A stretch of DNA of 64,000 nt from an uncultured delta proteobacterium (GTDB lineage: Bacteria > Desulfobacterota > RBG-13-43-22), in contig CAWGEQ010000039.1 in assembly GCA_963821645.1 (NCBI GenBank), positions 5,766 to 69,765 on the forward strand. The letters run 5' to 3'. The notes beneath the pieces are model-generated. The model had not been told where the DNA came from. It worked only from the letters and a program-made list of their open reading frames with translations, and made no database searches. The position numbers and the translations under genes were made by a program. Positions 11,348 to 19,407 of the stretch are shown piece by piece (within the stretch, counting starts at the first letter, position 1; each line of letters opens with the position of its first letter).

Positions 11348-11618
11348 AATGTTCGCGGCCTTCTTTTACCGAGCCAAATACCTTGACTTTTCCCTCTTTT
11401 AAGTTGTTTATTGAGGATTGAATCTCTGTTTGCCATTCCGGGCTCCAAAACAACGACTGGCCCCGGGGAACCTCGACCACCGGCCGGATAACGATCTCAT
11501 ATTCGCCAGCGATAACCTCGACCCGTTCCCCAACCTTTAAAGGAATTTTTTTTCGGACCTGTTCTGGAATGGTAACCTGGTATTTCTCCCTTACTTTAAC
11601 GGTAACTCCCATAATCAT
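11337..11618 (-). CDS. AbrB/MazE/SpoVT-family antitoxin
   Basis: 93 aa. N-terminal swapped-hairpin motif (YQVTIPEQVRKKIPLKVGERVEV). Confidence 0.7.
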   Translation of the reverse strand: MIMGVTVKVREKYQVTIPEQVRKKIPLKVGERVEVIAGEYEIVIRPVVEVPRGQSLFWSPEWQTEIQSSINNLKEGKVKVFGSVKEGREHFGD

Positions 11619-11751
11619 CTACCTTCACTTGAATATTATTTTATTACAATATTAAAATAATATTCCATTAATTACTTACTCGTCAAGAAAATATTGTTGA
11701 AACGGGATCGGACCAAGCCAATAGGCTCGAAAAGTAATAAAAAAGTGTTCT

Positions 11752-11998
11752 TCTCCCAATTAGTTGGTCATGAAAAAGTCTTTAGGTTTTGGAACCGCTT
11801 GCTCGTACCTCGCTTGATTACCGGGATAAAAAACGGGACATTTATTCTTGCCCTCGGGCGAAACTCCCCGAGGGCAACCCTTCAGCTCTGCTCTGCCGAG
11901 CTCCGGGATTGCAGGTTCGCGTCAGCGACAGGCTGTTTACCCGGCACAGGATCGTGCCGGAGGAAAAATATTATCCGTAATGGTCCAGTCGTGGTCAA
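11752..11998 (-). repeat. copy B of the ~200-nt structured element, with its own promoter-like signal
   Basis: Minus-strand TTGACC (11998-11993), 17 nt, GATAAT (11975-11970). Hairpins ccggcac/gtgccgg (~11941-11960) and 11848-11877. The 3' block cccggtaatcaagcgaggtacgagcaagcggttcc is shared with copy A. Confidence 0.5.
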
Positions 11999-12020
11999 GT
12001 GACCGAAGGGAACGGGCGGT

Positions 12021-13431
12021 TTATAAATAATCATTAACAATGCCCACCAAATCATAGGGGTGGGCCTCAATAATCTTGACTTGTACTATCTCCCCGATCT
12101 TCGGTTCCCCATCGGTAATATAGACCACTCCATCCACCTCCGGGGCCTGAAAACGGGTCCGGCCTTGAATCAATAACTCGCTTTCCGGACTGATCCCGCT
12201 TACCAGGACCGGCTCCAGAGAACCGATCCGGTTTTCATTCTTCTTAAGAGAAATTTTCTTCTGGGTCTCCATTAAGAGATCCAGCCGGGCCTTACCGATT
12301 TCTTCCGGCACCTGGTCCGCATAGCCGGCAGCCGGGGTGCCTTCTTCCCGGGAATATCTGAAAACTCCGAGATGATCGAACCCCGTCTCGGAAACAAAAT
12401 CAACCAGCTCCTGAAAATCTTCTTCTGTTTCCCCGGGAAAGCCCACCATGACCGTGGTCCGAAGGGCCGCTTGCGGGAGTGTGCGACGAATTTTTTGGAT
12501 CAAGTCCCTCAAGGCTTTTTGCCCGTAGGGCCGATTCATGGCCTTAAGAATCCGGTCGCTGATATGTTGTATGGGGATGTCTAAATAAGGACAGATCTTT
12601 TCCTCTTGGGCCATCAAGGCTAAAAGGTCCGGGGTAATCCTTTCCGGCCGCAAATAAAGCAGGCGCAGCCATTGAAGGGACTCTATCTTTAACAATTCAA
12701 CAATCAACTCGTTCAAAGAAAGCGGCTGAACAAGATCGGACCCGTAAGCCGTCGTATCCTGGGCGATCAGGATGAGTTCACGGACCCCCTGCCCTGCCAG
12801 GATCTGCGCTTCCTGAATCAGCACCTTTGGGTCGCGGCTGCGGAAGGGTCCCCGGATAGAAGGGATTGTGCAGTAGGCACAGCGATTGGAACACCCCTCG
12901 GCGATCTTCAAATAAGCCGTTCCCGGAGAGGTGGTCAGGAGACGGCCATGCGGTTCTGCCCACAGTCCGGGAACAGGATCCAAAATCATTTTATGCGTTT
13001 TTCTCCCGGCCAGAAGGGCGGATACCTGATCGGCCACGGTCAAAAAAGATTCCGTGCCCAGGAAGAGATCCACTTCGGGTAATTGATCTATCAACTCAAT
13101 TCCCATATCTTTGTGGAAAACACCCGGTGACCACCAGGATCTGACAGGCCCCTTCCTCCTTTAATCGGGCCGCCTCTAAAATAGTGTCGATGCTTTCCTG
13201 GGTGGCGGATTCGATAAAGCTGCAAGTATTGATCAGGATCACTTCAGCCTTATCAGGGTCCTGAGTCAAAGAAAAACCCTTGGCCTCCAATTGATGGAGC
13301 ATGATCTCGCTGTCCACCTGATTCTTGGCACAGCCGAGGCTGATGAAATAGATCTTGGGAAAAGAAGGGGTCGAGGGGTCCAGGATTCGAGGATTCGAGG
13401 GTTTCGTTTTTGGGTTTGATTTGCTTTTCAT
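12021..13431 (-). pseudogene. rimO: ribosomal protein S12 methylthiotransferase RimO, one frameshift near 13100 (or sequencing error)
   Basis: ORFs 13096..13431 (ISLGCAKNQVDSE, VVTGCFPQRYG) and 12021..13106 (radical-SAM CSNRCAYCTIPSIRGPFRSR, C-terminal TRAM) lie in different frames. Confidence 0.85.
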
Positions 13432-13447
13432 TTGACTCCTTAGTTCA

Positions 13448-13599
13448 TGTCCATCCGGAAACAGTATCTTTCCGGATGGAGCGGTCAGCTATCAGCTGTT
13501 AGCTTTCAGCAAAATCTTTTACATTAATGAGTTAGCTGAATGCTGATCGCTGACTGCTAAAAGCTTCATCCGGGAATTTTGGATTTCCGGATGAGAATA
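13448..13599. mobile_element. MITE-like copy (R3) of the tccggaaa/TCAGCTN element inserted in the rimO leader
   Basis: 152 bp between TTCA (13444-13447) and TTCA (13600-13603). The paralogous leader at 15401-15420 has a single TTCA and no insert. Confidence 0.6.
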
Positions 13600-13663
13600 T
13601 TCACCAGACACCGAGAACACCGAGCAGAATCTTGTTTTATGAAGAAACGGGAGCCCCGTTTCT

Positions 13664-13846
13664 TCATGAGCGTATGGAACCATTGGGTTGTTTAAGCTCT
13701 ACGTTCCGGCAAACCTCAATATAAACAACCGATGGGCTTACCTTATCCACTGCGGTTATTACCGCCGTGGAATAGGCGTCCAGCAGGTCCTCGTCGGAAG
13801 GGACCGGTCTGCCTTGCGTCTCGAGTCTGCATGCCAAATCTTTCAT
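13664..13846 (-). pseudogene. N-terminal fragment of an HtrA/DegP-like serine protease
   Basis: 60 aa, DEDLLDAYSTAVITAVDKVSPSVVYIEV matches the region preceding the trypsin-like domain and then stops. A 14-bp hairpin follows (13639-13669). Confidence 0.4.
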
Positions 13847-14062
13847 CGGATACTAATCTAAGAACCTTTTTCATTACTTTCTCCTGCAAGGTGCCGTATT
13901 CGAAATATTTAAATCTAATCATCCCAAGGGAGTTTTGCAACCGCAAACGATGAGGGATTAAGGCGGGTGGTCCACCTAACAATTTGAGGATGTTTATAAA
14001 AAAGGGCTGGCCGGAAGTTTTGTCCCCGGATTCAAAAACCGCATGGAGAACATTTGACCGCT

Positions 14063-14188
14063 AATTCGCCACGGTGCTGAAGGTCATACGGGTCCTCGGC
14101 TTGCGCCTGCACGCAACAACGGCACATTCATAACCTTCATCCCGGAAAGATAGCTCACCTGGGCGGATGGGCGGTTCCTAATATTCCC
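14063..14188. repeat. ~126-bp direct repeat, left copy, flanking higBA
   Basis: Aligns with 15042-15168 (aattcgcc..gtgctgaaggtcatacg...gcacgcaacaacggcacatt.ataaccttcatcccgg...ggcggatgg.cggttcc.aatatt). Internal dyad tgaaggtcat / ataaccttca. Confidence 0.7.
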
Positions 14189-14228
14189 CCAACTTATATT
14201 GTGTACCCGGAAAATCGTAATTTTTTTC

Positions 14229-14258
14229 TTGACAAATCGTAACCCGTGGGGTTACATT
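14229..14258 (+). promoter_or_regulatory. putative higBA promoter with palindromic operator
   Basis: TTGACA 14229-14234. Palindrome gtaacccgtggggttac 14239-14255 overlaps a -10-like tacatt. ATG follows at 14265 (near-leaderless). Confidence 0.45.
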
Positions 14259-14264
14259 TTGATC

Positions 14265-14543
14265 ATGATCAAGTCATTTAAGCATAAAGGTCTTGAGGAT
14301 TTCTTTTATACAGGAAAGAAGAAAGGTATAAAGCCTGAACATGGCGACCGGCTTGAGAGAATTCTTGATAGATTAAATTCCGCCAACGAATTAAAAGATA
14401 TGAATTATCCAGGTTCTCACCTCCACAAGTTGATGGGAGATAAAAAAGAGCACTATGCTGTAAAAGTATCCGGGAACTGGAGGCTTTTTTTTGAGTTCAG
14501 AGGCGGCGATGTCTATCTGGTTGATTACAACGATTATCACTGA
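14265..14543 (+). CDS. higB: HigB-type (RelE/ParE family) toxin
   Basis: MIKSFKHKGLEDFFYTGKKKGIKPEHGDRLERILDRL...NWRLFFEF..GDVYLVDYNDYH is the typical proteic-killer pattern. The internal ATG of ORF 14199..14543 is chosen as start. Confidence 0.8.
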   Translation: MIKSFKHKGLEDFFYTGKKKGIKPEHGDRLERILDRLNSANELKDMNYPGSHLHKLMGDKKEHYAVKVSGNWRLFFEFRGGDVYLVDYNDYH

Positions 14544-14554
14544 GAGGTAAGAGC

Positions 14555-14869
14555 ATGAGAAAAATCGGAAGAAAACCAACCCACCCTGGGAAGATTATAA
14601 AAGAAGATTATTTAAAACCATTATCCCTCACGATCAGCGAATTGGCCTCGACTCTCGGCGTTTCAAGAAAAACGTTATCAAAGATTATTAATGAAAGAGG
14701 CGCTGTTACTCCGGATATGGCACTTCGTTTATCCCGAGCCTTTGAAACGACCCCTGATCTTTGGCTTAATCTACAAAAGAATTACGATTTGTGGCAGGCA
14801 GAGCATACATCGGATGATTGGCAAACGGTAAAACCGCTCTCTCTACAGGTGCTTCATGCTCAGTCATAG
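14555..14869 (+). CDS. higA: HigA-family antitoxin (XRE HTH)
   Basis: HPGKIIKEDYLKPLSLTISELASTLGVSRKTLSKIINERGAVTPDMALRLSRAF. Confidence 0.85.
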   Translation: MRKIGRKPTHPGKIIKEDYLKPLSLTISELASTLGVSRKTLSKIINERGAVTPDMALRLSRAFETTPDLWLNLQKNYDLWQAEHTSDDWQTVKPLSLQVLHAQS

Positions 14870-15041
14870 ACAGGGCCGCAGAGACGGCCCTTGAGGAAGG
14901 AGACCCTGATGCTGTGCTGGCGGGCCGTCGCTTTGAGAAGGATATCAGTCCCGCGCCAAAGGAATGAGCCCGGATAGCTCTGAGACCGGGCTTGGGCGCA
15001 AAAGCCTGCATATAAGCGCCTTGTCTCCGAAGGAAATCCCA

Positions 15042-15168
15042 AATTCGCCCACAGTGCTGAAGGTCATACGAGCTCTGGGCTTAGCGCTTGCACGCAACAA
15101 CGGCACATTGATAACCTTCATCCCGGTAGATCTAATCCCTTTCCGGCGGATGGACGGTTCCAATATTG
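15042..15168. repeat. ~127-bp direct repeat, right copy, flanking higBA
   Basis: See 14063-14188. Confidence 0.7.
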
Positions 15169-15346
15169 CTCCCCAGTCCTTTAACCGGATTGAACTCAGA
15201 CCGACAGTACACAGAAATTTCTAAATGGAATGAAGAACCTCCCCTGGATCACTGGAAATTAATCCTGACAAATTTCGGCCCTACTCCCAAATTGGTCAAA
15301 TTGTCCCCTAATTGTCAATATAAAAGATTTGATCCCAATTACTTCG

Positions 15347-15445
15347 GAGGGGTCGAGGATTCGAGGGTTTCGATTTTGGGTTTGATTTGCTTTTCATTTG
15401 ACTCCTTGGTTCACCACGAGACACCGAGGACACCGAGTAAAATCC
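15347..15445 (-). repeat. duplicate of the rimO RBS plus first ~17 codons and the CACNGAG repeat
   Basis: Reverse complement reads gattttactcggtgtcctcggtgtctcgtggtgaaccaaggagtcaaatgaaaagcaaatcaaacccaaaatcgaaaccctcgaatcctcg. Matches 13365-13443 plus 13600-13630. Confidence 0.75.
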
Positions 15446-15660
15446 ATTTTTTTGCCACAGACAAAGGCAGGACGAGGTGGCGGTGACTTGCCGCCCCCTC
15501 ATTGTCAGGCCCTTCGGGCACTTGAAACCAGCTTCGCCACTCCAGGCTGACGGCTGGTTTACCCGGCCTGTTTTTGTTGGGCCGGGGAAACAATTTTTCG
15601 TCCAGTTTTGTCCGTGTGAGTCGGTGGCAAAAACATTTTAAAACAACTAAGGTGTTACAA
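15446..15660 (-). repeat. copy C (more diverged) of the ~200-nt structured element
   Basis: Shares ggctg.tttaccc-hairpin-g.aaa.aat.t..cgtccag and ttg.cac.gact with copy B. Bracketed by inverted CACNGAG-type arrays (15414-15445, 15666-15695). Confidence 0.4.
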
Positions 15661-15736
15661 AAATAGTCTTCTCTGTGTTCTCTGTGGCTCTGTGGTAAAA
15701 AATCTATCTTGGACAAGAATGATAGGCGAGATGGTT

Positions 15737-16651
15737 TTATCCGCCATAACTGCGAACCGTATAGAGATCTATGGCCGCGAACATAACCCCATAAAAGAAC
15801 AACCATAAGGGAACGGCTTGCCAGACAAAACCCTTTTCCCTTGCCCTCCGGGATTCCAACAACCCTAAAAATTGAACCAGGACAAAACATTCCACGGCAA
15901 AGGGCGGAAACCCGAAAAATCCTAAGACCGGCATTTCAAACAGCTTACTATTTCCCACCCAGGGAACGGCGTATACCCATTTGGCCTCGGCCCAAAAATT
16001 CCAAAATTCCCAGAGAAGGCCGCAGATCATTCCGGATAAAAGGAATTGAAGAAGGGTCCCGATTCTCCCCGCTTCCAGATCTTTCAAAAGGGAAGATCTC
16101 CCCGTGCGGTGGTTAAATGGCTCTAAAAGAAAAATAAAACCTATCCAAACCAGGGGAAAGCAGAAAAGCGGAAGGGTTAGAGGGAGTATGAGGCACAAGG
16201 TACCGGTGACGATCAAAGGCCGGTACCAGGACGGTTGAACGCGAACAGGAGTCAGGCGGCTTTTTTCAAAAATCCCCCAGGCCCATAGAAGGTCTCTGGT
16301 CTCCAGGATGGCCGGCAGGACCGTACCAAAAGCCACAAAATAGCCCGGCCAGCGCAGAAAGATGGATTTCGGCACCCCCAGATAATACCAGTTTTTAAGG
16401 ATCAGGTTGAATCCTTCAAAGATGAGCCAGATCACCACCGACCAGGGTATTAACAGGAAAAACTGCCTGGTCCGGTTGACAATCAGGGAATTCCCTTTCC
16501 GCCGATAGACCAGGCCGTCCACCATCAGGATATAAGACCACCAGACGAGCGAGTAAAAATAGGTGGTCACCGGCCGGAGCCTATAAACCAAGGCGATCTC
16601 AAAGACAACCAGGCCAGCCAGACCTATCCAGAGGTGAATCCCTTTTTTCAT
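15737..16651 (-). CDS. integral membrane protein, family not recognised
   Basis: 304 aa, about 8 hydrophobic segments, W/F-rich. Confidence 0.6.
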   Translation of the reverse strand: MKKGIHLWIGLAGLVVFEIALVYRLRPVTTYFYSLVWWSYILMVDGLVYRRKGNSLIVNRTRQFFLLIPWSVVIWLIFEGFNLILKNWYYLGVPKSIFLRWPGYFVAFGTVLPAILETRDLLWAWGIFEKSRLTPVRVQPSWYRPLIVTGTLCLILPLTLPLFCFPLVWIGFIFLLEPFNHRTGRSSLLKDLEAGRIGTLLQFLLSGMICGLLWEFWNFWAEAKWVYAVPWVGNSKLFEMPVLGFFGFPPFAVECFVLVQFLGLLESRRAREKGFVWQAVPLWLFFYGVMFAAIDLYTVRSYGG

Positions 16652-16767
16652 ATTTAGTCTTTGATGTTATCGTGTTTCTCTTTGTAAGGTGGACGCAGGC
16701 GGGGCAGGCGCCGGGGGGGGTGTCTGGCGAAAGCAGGGTTCAAGGAGTCAAGGGGCAAGGTTTCAAG

Positions 16768-18341
16768 ACATAAAGGCTTGAAGTTAAAAAAAGCGACCTG
16801 CCCCTTATCATCGTGGGTTATATTAGGGAGTGATCCCAATACAGAGCCAAAAATAAGGAGGCAGGTCATGAAACATTTTATCACAGTTGTCGGTATGGAT
16901 GTACACAAAGATTCCATAGAGATTGTAATCGCCGAAACCACAGGAACTCAAGAAGTTCGGCATTACGGAAAAATTAACGGCGACATGGCCTCATTGGACA
17001 AAGCAGTCAGAAAACTCAAAAGTACCAGTAGGGAACTGCACTTTGTCTATGAAGCTGGGCCATGTGGCTATGAGATTTACCGTCACCTATCCTCGCAGGG
17101 GTTTACTTGTGTGGTCGTTGCCCCCTCGAAGACTCCAAGACGGAGCGGCGACCGAATCAAAAACGATCGTCGCGATGCCGAGACACTGGCCCGGCTTTAT
17201 CGGGCCGGGGAGTTAACCCCAGTCTATGTTCCTCGACAGGACGACGAAGCCATGAGGGATTTGAACCGCGCCCGGGAAGATGCGGTCAAGGCCTTGCGCA
17301 CTGCCCATCAAGACTTAGGGGCTTTTCTGCTTCGGTATGGCCACAGGTACCCCGGTAAAACATCCTGGACACCTGCTCATATGCGTTGGCTATCGGACGT
17401 CACCATGCCTCACCCGGCCCAGCAGATTACGCTTCAGGAATATATCCACACGGTAAACGAGGGCACTCTGCGAGTCGGTCGTTTAGTCGACCAGATTCTG
17501 AAGCTGTTGCCCCAAGGGCGCCTGGCCCCAGTGGTTGAAGCCCTCCAGGCCCTCAGAGGGGTGGCTCCTATTGTGGCTATAACCACGGTCTCTGAGATCG
17601 GCGATATAACTCGTTTTGAGAACCCCCGGCAGTTTATGGCCTATCTGGGTCTGATTCCCTCGGAACACTCCAGCGGCCAGTCCGTCAAACGGGGCAGCAT
17701 CACCAAAACCGGCAATGGCCACGTCAGGCGCGTTCTCGTTGAAGCGGCGCAGGCCTATAGCTATCCGGCCCGGATAAGCAGGTTTCTGCTCAAACGACAA
17801 CAGGGACTGCCGCTGCCCTTCCGGGACATTGCCTGGAAAGCCAGGTTAGACTCTGCGGCCGGTTCAGAAGGCTTATGGCCCAAGGAAAAATGAAAACCAA
17901 AGTGGTCACCGCCATTGCCCGCGAGCTCTCCGGCTTCATGTGGGCTATTGCCAGGGAAGTTGATTTACAAAACGTGTAAGGTATGTCAAAAAACAAAACT
18001 TCTTAAAGGAGTACAGAGACAACAAATTATATCCTATCCAGGGGACCAGCAGAGACGCGACCACATTGGGAGAATCCTCGAGGAATCCAAGGAATAAGGT
18101 CATCCGAATTTCCGATCCTAGAGCGAGGCAGCTCCTGTGACGAAGTCAAGTCAGGCGTTCAAAATACGCGAATATCAGAATGATCAAACGTCGCTAAATC
18201 GGTCCCGTCTCTGCTTGTGCCCTGGATTAAAGTGAAAGGCTAACCCTCTACTAAGGGCCAGGAAGAATCTTTTTCTCTTGACAACTGTCAGCCATATCGG
18301 ATTCCGGCTTTCGCCGGAATGACGGATGGAAAAAATTAAAT
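16768..18341 (+). mobile_element. IS110-family insertion sequence (boundaries approximate)
   Basis: Transposase gene plus ~100 nt 5' and ~350 nt 3' non-coding sequence. The ~1.57-kb unit lies between inverted heptamer arms 16736-16767 (gggttcaaggagtcaaggggcaagg) and 18342-18363 (cccttgaaccctcgaatcctgg). Confidence 0.5.
16868..17979 (+). pseudogene. IS110-family DEDD transposase, C-terminal frameshift near 17838 (or sequencing error)
   Basis: MKHFITVVGMDVHKDS..., YEAGPCGY, RIKNDRRDA, TTVSEIGDITRFENPRQFMAYLGLIPSEHSSG..GSITKTGNGHVRR. After AWKA the canonical tail QVRLCGRFRRLMAQGKMKTKVVTAIARELSGFMWAIAREV continues in the +1 frame to TAA 17977-17979. Confidence 0.85.
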
Positions 18342-18406
18342 CCCTTGAACCCTCGAATCCTGGAAACAAAAGGATTTTCTTTGAGCTCCTTTTGACCCTA
18401 CTTAAA

Positions 18407-19252
18407 TCACGATTTTTCCTGGATCAATTTCCGGATCTTGGGCATGGCCTGTTTAGTGGCCTGAATGCCGGCATCCATCAATCGTTTCTTCTGGGTAAAA
18501 TCGGTCATGCCCACGTCCCCCACATTGGGTTCAATGAGCACATCATACCCCCTCGATTTGTAGGTACACAGTTCCCGCCCCATGATATCGATGGATTGCA
18601 GGATGACGTCGATCAGAGAATTGGCCGGAGGATTCTTAATATTCTTCTGGATACTGACGGCAATGATGATATCCGCTCCCCTGGCCCGGGCCACATCCAC
18701 CGGCAGAATGTCGGTCACTCCGCCGTCGACATACATCCTCCCGTTCATTTCCAAAGGCTGGAAAATGCCCGGAATGGAGGAACTGGCCCGCACGGCCTTG
18801 GCCACCGATCCTTTTTCAAAGACCCAGGTATTACCGGCATTCAGGTCCGTGGCCACGGCATAAAAAGGGATCTTCATCTGTTCCATGGTTTTCGCTTTGA
18901 CCTTGGTCTGGATAAATTTTTCCAGCCGCTCCCCCTGCACCGGCCCCATCTTGGAATAAATCAGCGAATAATCGAAGATGTCATCCTTTTCTATGGTGAA
19001 GGACAGCCATTCCAGGTTAAAACTGTTGGGATCGGAGGCATAAAGGGCCCCGATCAGGCTGCCCACACTGGTGCCGACGATCATGTTAATGGGGATCTTT
19101 TCCTGTTCCAGAACGCGGATGACCCCCACATGGGCAAACCCCCGGGCCGCCCCGCCCCCTAAAACCAAGGCGATCTTGGGGGGGCCTTTACGCTCTTTGG
19201 CCGTGGGAACGGTTCCACAGCCCCAGGCGGTCCCGAGTAGTGCCAATAACAA
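18407..19252 (-). CDS. patatin-like phospholipase (RssA-like), probable lipoprotein
   Basis: GGGAARG, GTSVG (GXSXG) and DGG motifs. TTG start at 19252. An upstream ATG (MKW..) with RBS is 1 nt out of frame, so the start is uncertain. Confidence 0.85.
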   Translation of the reverse strand: MLLALLGTAWGCGTVPTAKERKGPPKIALVLGGGAARGFAHVGVIRVLEQEKIPINMIVGTSVGSLIGALYASDPNSFNLEWLSFTIEKDDIFDYSLIYSKMGPVQGERLEKFIQTKVKAKTMEQMKIPFYAVATDLNAGNTWVFEKGSVAKAVRASSSIPGIFQPLEMNGRMYVDGGVTDILPVDVARARGADIIIAVSIQKNIKNPPANSLIDVILQSIDIMGRELCTYKSRGYDVLIEPNVGDVGMTDFTQKKRLMDAGIQATKQAMPKIRKLIQEKS

Positions 19253-19304
19253 ACCACATGCAATCCATTTACTGCCATTTCATAAAACGACCTCCATTGA
19301 ATAA

Positions 19305-19403
19305 AAGGTATAAGGTCCACGGTTTACGGGTTTTTAACCTTGGACCTCATACCTTGCACCTTTCACCTTTCACCTTGACCTTGAACCTTATACCTTGCAC
19401 CTT
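19305..19403. repeat. inverted AAGGTNC / GNACCTT heptamer array
   Basis: 19305-19324 pairs with 19336-19355 at 18/20, followed by further ACCTT-type units. Confidence 0.8.
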
Positions 19404-19407
19404 CTTT

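Noticed and set aside
11694-12070. Short ORFs over copy B (11694..12002, 11789..11980, 11848..12030, 11882..12070)
   Set aside because: Same reasoning as for copy A. The translations are not protein-like.
14063-14188. The 126-bp higBA-flanking repeat as a bona fide integron attC site
   Set aside because: I found no convincing RYYYAAC / GTTRRRY core pair and no intI or attI nearby. It is kept only as a hypothesis to test.
15446-15660. Copy C of the structured element as 6S RNA
   Set aside because: The 5' and 3' ends can pair, but the element is multicopy and copy B shows no 6S-like closing stem. There is no typical genomic context either.
18326-19162. 278-aa + strand ORF
   Set aside because: It is antisense to the patatin-like gene, which has clear motifs. 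Its own translation is low-complexity and H/G/P-rich.
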